Shown here in pieces: positions 1 to 13,243 of a DNA stretch of 64,000 nt. Every line of letters starts with the position of its first letter. Within the stretch, counting starts at the first letter, position 1. A program made the position numbers and the translations under genes. The notes beneath the pieces were generated by a model that saw only the letters and a list, made by a program, of their open reading frames with translations, was not told the origin of the DNA and did no database searches. The DNA lies in NCBI GenBank assembly GCA_964016885.1, contig OZ024756.1, forward strand, positions 5,022,001 through 5,086,000, in the 5' to 3' direction. This stretch comes from Eledone cirrhosa (lineage: Eukaryota).

Positions 1-201
1 CCTCCCTCCTAATATTCTCTATAAAAACTAAATAGGTCCTCAGTAATATTATTCTGATGAAATGACAGTAAATAATAACATTGAAATATTGAATGTCTGC
101 ATAACTAAAAGTTTGTAGATAGCTGTTTTAGGTTATGTAACTGTTATAGAAACACGTGTCAATAAATTCCTTTCAACTAAACTGTATCCATTCAAATCTT
201 T

Positions 202-242
202 CTATATTTTATATATATATATATATATTTTATATATATATA

Positions 243-326
<84 letters not shown>

Positions 327-515
327 ATATATGTATATATATATTTTATATATGTATATATATATATATTTTATATATGTATATATATATATATTTTATA
401 TATGTATATATATATTTTATATATATATATATATATTTTATATATATATATATATATTTTATATATATATATATATATTTTATATATATATATATATATT
501 TTATATATATATATA

Positions 516-582
<67 letters not shown>

Positions 583-880
583 ATATATATATTGTAGACA
601 TGTATATATATATATTTTATATATATATATATATATATATTGTATATGTATATGCATATATATATATACGCATATATATTGTAGACATGTATATATATAT
701 ATATATATATATATAGTGAGTATATATATATATTGTGTGTATTTATATTGTGTGTATATATTATATATATTGTGTATATATATATGCACACATATATTAT
801 ACATATTGTATATATATATATATATATATATATAATATGCATATGCATAGATGTATGTCGGTTTCGTACTTGGTTTGTGA

Positions 881-933
<53 letters not shown>

Positions 934-1000
934 GGAGGTGAGTTTTATTGTAGCACAATAAAGCAATGCAGATATGTGTGTATATATATATATACACACA
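202..1000. repeat. (TA)n microsatellite tract with interruptions
   Basis: Direct: long TATA runs with T/G interruptions; the ORFs here are YI-repeat artefacts. Confidence 0.95.
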
Positions 1001-1204
1001 CGACACATATGTAGTAGTCTAACGTTTCTCGTCGGCAACGAGATCTCGCACATCCTCACGTAATGGACGTCATCGCTAGAAGTATCATAACGGAATCTTA
1101 ACATACAATAAAACAAGCTAAGCAGTCTATAAAGACACTTTATTACCAACACACCTGTAAACTACGGACAGGTAACTTGTGAAACAGCGATGTGGAACAC
1201 TGCT

Positions 1205-1900
1205 GGGTGAGTGTAGGGGGTTGTGTGGTTGTAGGGGTGAGTGTGGTGGTAGGGTCAGTGTGGTTGCTGTGTCGGTTTGTAGGCGTGAGTGTTGTTGCTG
1301 AGTGTGTTTGTAGGGAGAGTGTGGTTACTGAGTGGGTTTGTAGGCGTGAGTGTGGTTGCTGATTGTGTTTGTAGGTAGAGTGTGGTTGCTGTGTCGGTTT
1401 GTAGGCGTGAGTGTTGTTGCTGAGTGTGTTTGTGGGGAGAGTGTGGTTACTGAATGGGTTTGTAGGCGTGAGTGTGGTTGCTGAGTGGGTTTGTAGGGCG
1501 AGTGTGGTTGCTGAGTGTTTGTAGGGGGGATTGTAGTTGTAGTGGGGAGTGTGGTTGCTGAGTGTGTTTGTAGGCGGGAGTTGGTTGTTGAGTGTGTTTG
1601 TAGGGTGAGTGTGGTGGTTGAGTGGGTTTGTAGGCGTGAGTGTGGTTGTTGAGGGTTTGTAGGGGGGGGGGGAGTTGCTGAGTGGGTTTCTAGGGGCGAG
1701 TGTGGTTGTAGTGGCGAGTGTGGTTGCTGAGTGGGTTTGTAGGGGGTATTGTGGTTGTATGCGTGAGTGCGTTCGCATTTGCGACTGTGGTAGTATGCGT
1801 GTGTTCGTATTTGCGTGTGTGGTTGTAGGTGCGAGTGTGTTCGTATCTGCGAGTGTGGTTGCTGGGTGTGCTCGTAGATACGAGTGTGATTGCTGAGTGT
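1205..1900. repeat. GT-rich degenerate minisatellite (~29-bp unit gagtgtggttgctgagtgggtttgtaggc)
   Basis: Direct tandem repetition. Confidence 0.8.
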
Positions 1901-2125
1901 GTTTACAGGTGCGTACGTAGAAATGTTTTCCTAGCCAACACAACAATGCAAGGGTATATCTTAATTTCTACAATTCATTGGTGTAGCTCAAATCATCCGC
2001 GGAGAGTCTGCAGAATCGTTCATCGTTGCCCAAAAGGTTTTGCTATATTTGTGTGACCCTCCCAGTCGTCTGAGTTCAAATCCTTTCCATGTCAACGTTG
2101 ACTTTTACTCTTTCGTTAGACGATA

Positions 2126-5100
2126 AAATAAAGTACCAGTCCCAGGCGGTAGATTAGTGTAATAATTCACTCATCAGTCGAAATAAAGTACCAGTCCCAG
2201 GCTGTAGATTAGTGGAATAGTTCACTCATCAGTCGAAATAAAGTACCAGTCCCAGGCGGTAGATTAGTTGAATAGTTCACTCATCAGTCGAAATAAAGTA
2301 CCAGTCCCAGGCGGTAGATTAGTGGAATAGTTCATTCATCAATAGAAATAAAGTACCAGTCCCAGGCGGTAGATTAGTGGAATAGTTCATTCATCAATAG
2401 AAATAAAGTACCAGTCCCAGGCGGTAGATTAGTAGAATAGTTCACTCATCAGTCGAAATAAAGTACCAGTCCCAGGCGGTAGATTAGTGGAATAGTTCAC
2501 TCATCAGTCGAAATAAAGTACCAGTCCCAGGCGGTAGATTAGTAGAATAGTTCACTCATCAGTCGAAATAAAGTACCAGTCCCAGGCGGTAGATTAGTAG
2601 AATAGTTCACTCATCAGTCGAAATAAAGTACCAGTCCCAGGCGGTAGATTAGTGGAATAGTTCACTCATCAGTCGAAATAAAGTACCAGTCCCAGGCGGT
2701 AGATTAGTAGAATAGTTCACTCATCAGTCGAAATAAAGTACCAGTCCCAGGCGGTAGATTAGTAGAATAGTTCACTCATCAGTCGAAATAAAGTACCAGT
2801 CCCAGGCGGTAGATTAGTAGAATAGTTCACTCATCAGTCGAAATAAAGTACCAGTCCCAGGCAGTAGATTAGTGGAATAGTTCACTCATCAATCGAAATA
2901 AAGTACCAGTCCCAGGCAGTAGATTAGTGGAATAGTTCACTCATCAGTCGAAATAAAGTACCGGTCCCAGGCGGTAGATTAGTGGAATAGTTCACTCATC
3001 AGTCGAAATAAAGTACCAGTCCCAGGCGGTAGATTAGTGGAATAGTTCACTCATCAGTCGAAATAAAGTACCAGTCCCAGGCAGTAGATTAGTGGAATAG
3101 TTCACTCATGAGTCGAAATAAAGTACCAGTCCCAGGCAGTAGATTAGTGGAATAGTTCACTCATCAGTCGAAATAAAGTACCAGTCCCAGGCAGTAGATT
3201 AGTGGAATAGTTCACTCATGAGTCGAAATAAAGTACCAGTCCCAGGCAGTAGATTAGTGGAATAGTTCACTCATCAGTCGAAATAAAGTACCAGTCCCAG
3301 GCAGTAGATTAGTGGAATAGTTCACTCATGAGTCGAAATAAAGTACCAGTCCCAGGCAGTAGATTAGTGGAATAGTTCACTCATGAGTCGAAATAAAGTA
3401 CCAGTCCCAGGCAGTAGATTAGTGGAATAGTTCACTCATCAGTCGAAATAAAGTACCAGTCCCAGGCAGTAGATTAGTGGAATAGTTCACTCATCAGTCG
3501 AAATAAAGTACCAGTCCCAGGAGGTAGATTAGTGGAATAGTTCACTCATCAGTCGAAATAAAGTACCAGTCCCAGGCAGTAGATTAGTGGAATAGTTCAC
3601 TCATCAGTCGAAATAAAGTACCAGTCCCAGGAGGTAGATTAGTGGAATAGTTCACTCATCAGTCGAAATAAAGTACCAGTCCCAGGCGGTAGATTAGTGG
3701 AATAGTTCACTCATCAGTCGAAATAAAGTACAAGTCCCAGGCGGTAGATTAGTGGAATAGTTCACACATCAGTCGAAATAAAGTACCAGTCCCAGGAGGT
3801 AGATTAGTGGAATAGTTCACTCATCAGTCGAAATAAAGTACCAGTCCCAGGAGGTAGATTAGTGGAATAGTTCACTCATCAGTCGAAATAAAGTACCAGT
3901 CCCAGGCGGTAGATTAGTGGAATAGTTCACTCATCAGTCGAAATAAAGTACCGGTCCCAGGCGGTAGATTAGTGGAATAGTTCATTCATCAATAGAAATA
4001 AAGTACCAGTCCCAGGCAGTAGATTAGTGGAATAGTTCATTCATCAATAGAAATAAAGTACCAGTCCCAGGCAGTAGATTAGTGGAATAGTTCATTCATC
4101 CATAGAAATAAAGTACCAGTCCCAGGCAGTAGATTAGTGGAATAGTTCACTCATCAGTCGAAATAAAGTACCAGTCCCAGGCGGTAGATTAGTGGAATAG
4201 TTCATTCATCAGTCGAAATAAAGTACCAGTCCCAGGCGGTAGATTAGTGGAATAGTTCATTCATCAATAGAAATAAAGTACCAGTCCCAGGCAGTAGATT
4301 AGTGGAATAGTTCACTCATCAGTCGAAATAAAGTACCAGTCCCAGGCGGTAGATTAGTGGAATAGTTCACTCATCAGTCGAAATAAAGTACCAGTCCCAG
4401 GCAGTAGATTAGTGGTATAGTTCATTCATCAATCGAAATAAAGTACCAGTCCCAGGCAGTAGATTAGTGGAATAGTTCATTCATCAATCGAAATAAAGTA
4501 CCAGTCCCAGGCAGTAGATTAGTGGAATAGTTCACTCATCAGTCGAAATAAAGTACCAGTCCCAGGCGGTAGATTAGTGGAATAGTTCACTCATCAGTCG
4601 AAATAAAGTACCAGTCCCAGGCGGTAGATTAGTGGAATAGTTCACTCATCAGTCGAAATAAAGTACCAGTCCCAGGCGGTAGATTAGTGGAATAGTTCAC
4701 TCATCAGTCGAAATAAAGTACCAGTCCCAGGCAGTAGATTAGTGGAATAGTTCATTCATCAATCGAAATAAAGTACCAGTCCCAGGCGGTAGATTAGTAG
4801 AATAGTTCATTCATCAATCGAAATAAAGTACCAGTCCCAGGCAGTAGATTAGTGGAATAGTTCACTCATCAGTCGAAATAAAGTACCAGTCCCAGGCAGT
4901 AGATTAGTGGAATAGTTCACTCATCAGTCGAAATAAAGTACCAGTCCCAGGCGGTAGATTAGTGGAATAGTTCATTCATCAATCGAAATAAAGTACCAGT
5001 CCCAGGCAGTAGATTAGTGGAATAGTTCACTCATCAGTCGAAATAAAGTACCAGTCCCAGGCAGTAGATTAGTGGAATAGTTCACTCATCAGTCGAAATA

Positions 5101-7080
5101 AAGTACCAGTCCCAGGCGGTAGATTAGTGGAATAGTTCATTCATCAATCGAAATAAAGTACCAGTCCCAGGCAGTAGATTAGTGGAATAGTTCACTCATC
5201 AGTCGAAATAAAGTACCAGTCCCAGGCAGTAGATTAGTGGAATAGTTCACTCATCAGTCGAAATAAAGTACCAGTCCCAGGCGGTAGATTAGTGGAATAG
5301 TTCATTCATCAATCGAAATAAAGTACCAGTCCCAGGCGGTAGATTAGTGGAATAGTTCACTCATCAATCGAAATAAAGTACCAGTCCCAGGCAGTAGATT
5401 AGTGGAATAGTTCATTCATCAATCGAAATAAAGTACCAGTCCCAGGCGGTAGATTAGTAGAATAGTTCATTCATCAATCGAAATAAAGTACCAGTCCCAG
5501 GCAGTAGATTAGTGGAATAGTTCACTCATCAGTCGAAATAAAGTACCAGTCCCAGGCAGTAGATTAGTGGAATAGTTCACTCATCAGTCGAAATAAAGTA
5601 CCAGTCCCAGGCGGTAGATTAGTGGAATAGTTCATTCATCAATCGAAATAAAGTACCAGTCCCAGGCGGTAGATTAGTGGAATAGTTCATTCATCAATCG
5701 AAATAAAGTACCAGTCCCAGGCAGGAGATTAGTGGAATAGTTCACTCATCAGTCGAAATAAAGTACCAGTCCCAGGCAGTAGATTAGTGGAATAGTGCAC
5801 TCATCAGTCGAAATAAAGTACCAGTCCCAGGCGGTAGATTAGTGGAATAGTTCACTCATCAGTCGAAATAAAGTACCAGTCCCAGGCGGTAGATTAGTGG
5901 AATAGTTCACTCATCAGTCGAAATAAAGTACCAGTCCCAGGCGGTAGATTAGTGGAATAGTTCACTCATCAATCGAAATAAAGTACCAGTCCCAGGCAGT
6001 AGATTAGTGGAATAGTTCATTCATCAATCGAAATAAAGTACCAGTCCCAGGCAGTAGATTAGTGGAATAGTTCATTCATCAATCGAAATAAAGTACCAGT
6101 CCCAGGCGGTAGATTAGTGGAATAGTTCACTCATCAGTCGAAATAAAGTACCAGTCCCAGGCGGTAGATTAGTGGAATAGTTCAGTCAGCAGTCGAAATA
6201 AAGTACCAGTCCCAGGCGGTAGATTAGTGGAATAGTTCACTCATCAGTCGAAATAAAGTACCAGTCCCAGGCGGTAGATTAGTGGAATAGTTCACTCATC
6301 AGTCGAAATAAAGTACCAGTCCCAGGCGGTAGATTAGTGGAACAGTTCAGTCAGCAGTCGAAATAAAGTACCAGTCCCAGGCGGTAGATTAGTGGAATAG
6401 TTCACTCATCAGTCGAAATAAAGTACCAGTCCCAGGCGGTAGATTAGTGGAATAGTTCACTCATCAGTCGAAATAAAGTACCAGTCCCAGGCGGTAGATT
6501 AGTGGAATAGTTCAGTCAGCAGTCGAAATAAAGTACCAGCCCCAGGCGGTAGATTAGTGGAATAGTTCACTCATCAGTCGAAATAAAGTACCAGTCCCAG
6601 GCGGTAGATTAGTGGAATAGTTCACTCATCAGTCGAAATAAAGTACCAGTCCCAGGCGGTAGATTAGTGGAACAGTTCAGTCAGCAGTCGAAATAAAGTA
6701 CCAGTCCCAGGCGGTAGATTAGTGGAATAGTTCACTCATCAGTCGAAATAAAGTACCAGTCCCAGGCGGTAGATTAGTGGAATAGTTCACTCATCAGTCG
6801 AAATAAAGTACCAGTCCCAGGCGGTAGATTAGTGGAATAGTTCAGTCAGCAGTCGAAATAAAGTACCAGTCCCAGGCGGTAGATTAGTGGAATAGTTCAC
6901 TCATCAGTCGAAATAAAGTACCAGTCCCAGGCGGTAGATTAGTGGAATAGTTCACTCATCAGTCGAAATAAAGTACCAGTCCCAGGCAGTAGATTAGTGG
7001 AATAGTTCACTCATCAGTCGAAATAAAGTACCAGTCCCAGGCGGTACATTAGTGGAATAGTTCACTCATCAGTCGAAATA
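2126..7080 (+). repeat. 55-bp satellite array, ~90 copies
   Basis: Unit gaaataaagtaccagtcccaggcggtagattagtggaatagttcactcatcagtc repeated without spacers; begins inside a SINE copy (2070-2140). Confidence 0.97.
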
Positions 7081-7185
7081 ACCAGTTATAGCCGGATTCC
7101 AATCAAACTATTAACGACTCAAGGCTGAAACAAAAAATTCCTAACTAAAGTGAACATCATAAAATCAAACTCCCATTGTCACTGC

Positions 7186-7252
<67 letters not shown>

Positions 7253-7279
7253 TCTCTCTCTCATCTGTCACTACTATAA

Positions 7280-7430
7280 GCAAATGGGGGAGACACGTGC
7301 TGCTCAACCTGCTACCCTTATTGACAGAATATAGAAGGCGTTTCCTCGGAAGATGGTGAGGGAGACGCGTTGGAAGAGGCACTCCAGCACGCCAGGCTCA
7401 CACCTACGGGTAGCCAACACCATCATGATG
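7280..7430 (-). mobile_element. CRE-clade (RLE) non-LTR retrotransposon 3' fragment
   Basis: Minus strand reads ...LECLFQRVSLTIFRGNAFYIL, matching the QRxSxxxxRGNA C-terminal motif of CRE-type restriction-like endonuclease; homologous to 8540-8700. Confidence 0.65.
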
Positions 7431-7821
7431 GTGGTGAGTAGAGAGGTAGTACTAGGGCCAAGGACATCAAAAGTCTCCAGTTTGTCCCGGGAAGTTGTAT
7501 TCTGAGTTCAAATCCCGTAACATAGTGTATCACTACTAACTGCTCATTGGGTGCTTTTAGCTGAGTCGAAACTATTGTAACAGTTTCTGCTAGATCCCTG
7601 ATTTGAGGATACTTTCTTGTCTTCCTTTCTCGCCAGACTTTTGAGTTCTGAGAGGAGCTACTCGTACAGCTATCCATTCCAGCTAAATGATAAATAGAAA
7701 CTTGTTGAAGCCCTGCTGTACCGCCATACGCAATATTACTAAAACCCTATTTTAAACTATAATAAATAAATTCCTCTTCGCATGATTCTGTGGCATTTAA
7801 ACAGATATATACACTCATACG

Positions 7822-8020
7822 TGAAGGTGCGTGGCTGAGTGGTTAGAGAATTGCAATCGTGGCTTGTGGGTTCGATTCCCGGACCGGGTGATGCTTTATG
7901 TCGTTGAGCAAGACACTTTATTTCACTTTACTCCTTCTACCTGGAATTTCCGAACAGTAGATAGTATTAGCAATTGGAAAGACCAATGGAAACATTGTTT
8001 CCTCGGTCCGATTTCACGAG
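7822..8020 (+). mobile_element. tRNA-derived CORE-like SINE (SINE-B)
   Basis: A box tggctgagtgg, B box ggttcgattcc, CORE-like ttgagcaagacacttta; other copies at 24122, 25745(-), 34485, 61120(-). Confidence 0.8.
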
Positions 8021-8165
8021 GTCTGGGATCATGTCCATCGACTACCATATGCATACAGGAAGAATATAATATTCGTTTCTTATAGCTGAATCAACTATCT
8101 TAAATTTATAAAGAATACCTTCAACAATTTTATATATAATATAGAGCCGTTATTTCTTTGACGAA

Positions 8166-8360
8166 AGGGCGGAGGATTGGCGGTATCAGTAGAGGGTCGG
8201 ACGCCATGCTTTGACGCATAGAGTTACGGTCCTTGCCATTCTGAGTTCAAATCCCGCCGAGGTTAACTTTGCCTTTCATCCTTTCGGGGTCGATAAAATA
8301 AAGTACCAGTAATACACTGGCATAATTGCTGGCCTTGTGCCAAAAGTAGAAACAGTTATT
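8166..8360 (+). mobile_element. SINE-A (~190 bp, tRNA-like B box gagttcaaatccc)
   Basis: Same sequence (…gagttcaaatcccgccgaggttaactttgcctttcatcc…gataaaataaagtaccagt…gtagaaacaattat) recurs more than 20 times in the window. Confidence 0.85.
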
Positions 8361-8539
8361 TCTTTGACGAAAGTAGTGAAACTGAACAATAGATCACATG
8401 GAGAAGTTATCTATGATAGACATACAAGCTATCCCATAGATAATGAGCACAACCACAAGGATGTGGTTCGAACATGGACGAGCAGAACTCCCACTGTCAT
8501 CGCCTCCATCTCTCTCGCCCTGCCCATCCCTCTGTATGG

Positions 8540-8700
8540 TGAGAAAATGGGGTCCCACGTGCTGGCCTTCCCACAGCCCCGACGGACAGAATGGAGAAGG
8601 CGTTTCCCTTGAGGATACTAAGGGAGATGCGCTGGAAGAGCCATTCCATCTCGCGAGGCCCACACCTGCGACTGGTCAGCTCAGCGCCTATGGTGGTGAA
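8540..8700 (-). mobile_element. CRE-clade non-LTR 3' fragment
   Basis: ORF track: TTIGAELTSRRCGPREMEWLFQRISLSILKGNAFSILSVG. Confidence 0.7.
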
Positions 8701-9002
8701 ATTATGAAATGTAACTTTACACATTCATGAAAAAAGTAAGAAAGGCTTTGTTTTTGCGAATGTGATTGTCAATATTCTCAACTCATAAGCTTATACTTTC
8801 ATGTTGTTGATGTTTCAGACGATCTCATCTCTCACGGCTAAACATTCGTCTCTTTTTTTTTAGCCAATGTCATGTCTTACGTCTTACATTCCTCTTTTTA
8901 TATTTTTTGAGCCGATCTCTTCTTCCATATCTACCTTCACTTTTCCCTAGCAACGTGAAATAAAATACCTTGTTCAAAGACACAATGTTATGAGGCTTAC
9001 TT

Positions 9003-9051
<49 letters not shown>

Positions 9052-9059
<8 letters not shown>

Positions 9060-9535
9060 AATGAATAATAACAGGTAGACATCATAAAAAGGTAATTTAT
9101 TCCGTGTGCTTACAAGTGTTTCCACGGTGGTACTACAGCCTAGTTATGCTATGTGCAAATTCACAAGTACTTGCAGAACTCAAATATCCAATGCTGTGAC
9201 CACTGTTTCCTCAGAGCAGAATCATTCTGCTCTGAGGAAACAGTGGTCACAGCATTGGATATTTGAGTTCTGCAAGTACTTGTGAATTTGCACATAGCAT
9301 AACTAGGCTGTAGTACCACCGTGGAAACACTTGTAAGCACACGGAATAAATTACCTTTTTATGATGTCTACCTGTTATTATTCATTCTTTATATACACTC
9401 CGGAATACAGAAGGATTAGGAACTAAGTTTCTTCAACAATTCTTCCATGACTCGTAGAGTAACCTCTTACCGTACGTCAACCATATCCAGTGTAGTAATT
9501 AACCATTACTACATCTTGGATAATCCTATACCTAA
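9052..9535 (+). mobile_element. Palindromic hammerhead mini-element (Penelope-like inverted pLTR + tail) in (TA)n
   Basis: Perfect ~170-bp inverted arms 9052-9394 centred at 9223; ~140-bp unique tail; TA tracts on both sides. Confidence 0.8.
9228..9339 (+). ncRNA. Type I hammerhead ribozyme with long stem II (mirror copy 9107-9218 on -)
   Basis: tgct CTGAGGA [a(a)cagtggt-cacagc…gctgt-agtaccaccgtg] GAAAC actt GTA agca; stem I tgct/agca. Confidence 0.7.
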
Positions 9536-10009
9536 TATATATATATATATTTATATATATATGATAATAAGGACGCTGCGGAGTTGCAAATGGGTTACAT
9601 ATGAAAAAAGTTTGTCCTTCATCAGTGGTCTTCCAACCATCATAGGCATTTCATCGCTTTAGAGACCATATACCTCCGGTTGGTGCGAGCAACGGCTAAA
9701 AAAAGTCGTTGGGACACGTAAATAAAGGGGACGCGAGGGTAAAGAAACAAAATGGTGAAGCAACAGACAGTGAGGAAGAGAGAGACAAGTCCCAGATTTC
9801 TATGAATTTAAATTCGGTGAAATCGTGAACGAGAGAATAAAGACCATCAAACCTGGTTGAAATGTGAGCAAGGAAGGAATTTCGCACAGGTCTAACGGGA
9901 GGAAGAAGGGGTCTGGTCTGCGAATTCGGTAAACATAAGTTCTGTGAAATTGTAGACGAGAGAGAGAGAGAAAAAAAATTCATACCAGCTTGGCCAAGAG
10001 TGCGCGAGA

Positions 10010-10474
10010 AAATATACGATATATTAACAAATGGAAACTATATTTATAAAACCATTTTTATTTCATTATACATATTTCAAGGATACCAAGTTAAATTATG
10101 GTGTGCTTTCATCAGATAAAATATAATATAGATCAGTTTTATAAATAAATATTGACATACCCTTAAAGAATGCTTCCAACGAGGTTGACTTTGCCTTTCA
10201 TCCTTACGGGGTCGATAAAATAAAGTACCAGTAATGCACTGGGTAATTGCTGGCCTTGTGCCTAACGTAGAAACAATTATATTTTATCTGATGAAAGCAC
10301 ACCATAATTTAACTTGGTGTCCTTGAAATATATATAATGAAATAAATATGGTTTTATAAATATAGTTTCAATTTGTTAATATATCGTATTTTTACTCCAA
10401 TAATTTGTTGAGTGCTTTATATCAGTTATAAAAATATTTGCATGTTGTATCCCAACAATTTAAATAGAACTTCT

Positions 10475-10480
<6 letters not shown>
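10010..10480 (+). mobile_element. Palindromic hammerhead mini-element, family B, with a SINE-A half in its centre
   Basis: Left arm 10010-10173 is partly the reverse complement of 10279-10389; tail 10390-10480; homologous to 43615-43882. Confidence 0.75.
10280..10344 (+). ncRNA. Type I hammerhead ribozyme (mirror copy ~10059-10123 on -)
   Basis: tattttat CTGATGA aagcacacca taatttaact tggtgtcctt GAAA tatata TA atgaaata. Confidence 0.78.
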
Positions 10481-10537
<57 letters not shown>

Positions 10538-10542
<5 letters not shown>

Positions 10543-10735
10543 AGATTCAGGACCCCGACGGCTGAGCTCTGGCCGTTTCGAAAGCTAGATTCGAACCGAG
10601 TTCGGATCTAGCTGTCGAAACGGCCGGAGCTCAGCCGTAGGGATCCTAAATCTTTTCATATTACCCACTCTACTACCCCAAGTATCGAGTACTCTGGTGG
10701 GTTATGGTCTAGCTGGGTTTTACCACACCCTATTT

Positions 10736-10738
<3 letters not shown>
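10538..10738 (+). mobile_element. Palindromic mini-element family C (3' half of hammerhead)
   Basis: Inverted arms around stem-loop agctagattcgaac/gttcggatctagct, then GAAACGGC…GCCGTA and tail ccactctac…gagtact. Confidence 0.75.
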
Positions 10739-10773
<35 letters not shown>

Positions 10774-11209
10774 TCTCTCTCTCTCACGTCTATATATGTA
10801 TGCTGTTTCTTATTGAGCTATTACTGTGAACGATAGACGTGTTGAGGGGTGACTTGCTTGAAAGGGAACGCATGCCGTAGTGTCGCTATCTGCAGACAAT
10901 AGCACTGTCAAGTTTCGGACACATCTGTAATGGAGGTAATCAGAACCATACATAGGAAATATGAGATGGTAACCTCGTGACGTAGGGTGTGATAAGGTCC
11001 TGTAAATTAAAGGTACAGTCAATCCGACGGACTTCCAAACAGTTTCCGTCTACCAAACTTTACACATCAGTCATGGGTCAAACCGAGGCTATGGTAACGA
11101 AGACTTACCAAGGATGTTCAGACTGGGATCGAACCTTCTCCCTTTTTAAAATCTGTTTTCTTTCTGATGTGGCGTTGGTGATGAGCGAACGAGAAAACAA
11201 ACGTGAGAT

Positions 11210-11850
11210 ATACACAGGAGAGAGGGGGGGGGGTTGAAAGGAGGGATAGTGAGAGGGTTGGGTGACTGGATGGATGAAGAGAGAGATGGATGGATAGAGA
11301 GAGGAGGGGTGGGTGAAGCGAGGTAGGGAGGAGGCGTAGATGGAGAGAGGAATTGAGGGGTAGATAGAGGGAGGAGAGGGAGTGGTAGATGGAGAGAGGA
11401 ATTGAGGGGTAGATGGAGAGAGAGGGAAGAGAGGGGAGGGAGGAATTGAGGGGTAGATAGAGAGAGAGAGGGGTAGATGGAGAGAGAGGGGAGGGAGGAA
11501 TTGAGGGGTAGATAGAGGGAAGGGTAGGAGGAATAGAGGGATAGATGATAAGAGGGTGGATGGAGGGAAGGAGGAATTGGGGGGGGTAGGGGTAGATAAA
11601 GGGGAGATGGGTGGAGGGGTGATGCTGAGAAAAGGGGTGGGTGGGTGGGTGGAGAGAATAAATGGGGTGGGGGGGGGGGTTATAAAGGGGAGATGGGTGG
11701 AGGGGTGATGCTGAGAAAAGGGGTGGGGGGGTGGAGAGAAGAAATGGGGGGGGGTAGATAAAGGGGAGATGGGTGGAGAGAAGAAATGTGATTTGAGAGA
11801 TAAAAAGTAATGTATAGGAAAAGGGGAGAGGAAGGAAGTTAGGGGAGACA
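11210..11850. repeat. Purine-rich (GA/GGA) low-complexity repeat
   Basis: Direct. Confidence 0.85.
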
Positions 11851-11914
11851 ACCTGCCTGGAGATATCTTGGAGGGTTTTAAAGGGCCACAAGTGATCCCT
11901 CAGCCCATAAACGT

Positions 11915-13205
11915 ATGTGTGTACGTGTGTGTGTGTGAGAGTATGTATGCATGTATGTTTGAGTGTGTACGTGTGTGTTTGTACGTATGTGCGTTTGTGT
12001 GTGTGTGTCTGTGTGTATGTATGTGAGTTAGTGATTGTATGTGTGCTTGTATGTTTACATGTATGTATGTTTAAGTGAGCGTGTGTGTGAGTATGTATGT
12101 ATGTATGTATGTATGTATGTTTAAGTGTGTACGTGTGTGCTTGTACGTATGTGCGTTTGTGTGTGTCTGTGTGTGTGTATGTGTGTTTGTGTATGTATGT
12201 GAGTTAGTGATTGTATGTGTGCTTGTATGTTTGCATGTATGTATGTATGTTTAAGTGAGCGTGTGTGTGAGTATGTATGTATGTTTGTTTGAGTGTGTAC
12301 GTGTGTGTTTGTGTATGTATGTGAGTTAGTGATTGTATGTGTGTTTGTATGTTTACATGTATGTATGTATGTTTAAGTGAGCGTGTGTGAGTATGTATGT
12401 ATGTATGTATGTATGTATGTATGTTTGAGTGTGTACGTGTGTGCTTGTACGTATGTGCGTTTGTGTGTGTCTGTGTGCGTGTGTGTATGTGTGTTTGTGT
12501 ATATGTATGTGAGTTAGTGATAGTATGTGTGCTTGTATGTTTACATGTATGTATGTATGTATGTTTAAGTGAGCGTGTGTGTGAGTATGTATGTCTGTAT
12601 GTATGAGTGTGTATGTGTGTGTGTTTGTATGCATGTATGTATGTATGCATGTATGTATGTATGTATGTATGTATGCATGTATGTATGTATGTATGTATAT
12701 GTATATACACATGTCTGTGTGTGTATACATATACATCCAGCCATATATACACACACACATGTAAGTTATATGAAGTTGCGTGTTGAAAGTATGATAACAC
12801 ATTAAATGTGAAGTTAAATATTGAATGACATCGTAAAACAATTGCTAGGTTGCAGTTAAAAAAATCAATAGCATATATATATGTGTGTGTGTGTGTTTGG
12901 ATGTGTGGATGTATGTGTGTGTATATGTGTGTGTGTGTATATGTGTGTGTGTGTATATATGTGTGTGTATATGTGTGTGTATATATATATTTGTGTATAT
13001 ATATGTGTGTGTGTGTGTATATATATGTGTGTGTGTGTGTATATATATATATAGATAAATATACACACACACATACATATTTATATACACACACACACAT
13101 ACGTACATATATATATACATATATATACACACACATACATATATATATATATATACACACCCACATACATACATACATATATATATATACACACATACAT
13201 ATATA

Positions 13206-13243
<38 letters not shown>

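Noticed and set aside
1010-1080. Possible hammerhead on the minus strand (gcgatga cgtc…gacga GAAAC gtta GAC)
   Set aside because: Core and cleavage triplet both deviate; too degenerate to call.
156-1152. Long YI/HT/CV-rich ORFs (here and at 12204-14986, 36996-38808, 45780-46613)
   Set aside because: Translations of dinucleotide microsatellites, open in many frames.
2126-7080. CRISPR-like appearance, and CTGATGAG in the minus strand of the 55-bp unit (possible tandem hammerhead satellite)
   Set aside because: No variable spacers or cas genes. The minus strand has CTGATGA-gtgaactattccac followed by TAAT, not GAAA; the only GAAA is on the other strand, so there is no complete core.
7822-7890. 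tRNA gene
   Set aside because: A/B boxes continue into a repeated CORE-like body; this is a SINE head, not a tRNA.
9562-9660. CTGATGA aggac…gtcctt on the minus strand
   Set aside because: No GAAA or stem III after stem II; at best a broken remnant.
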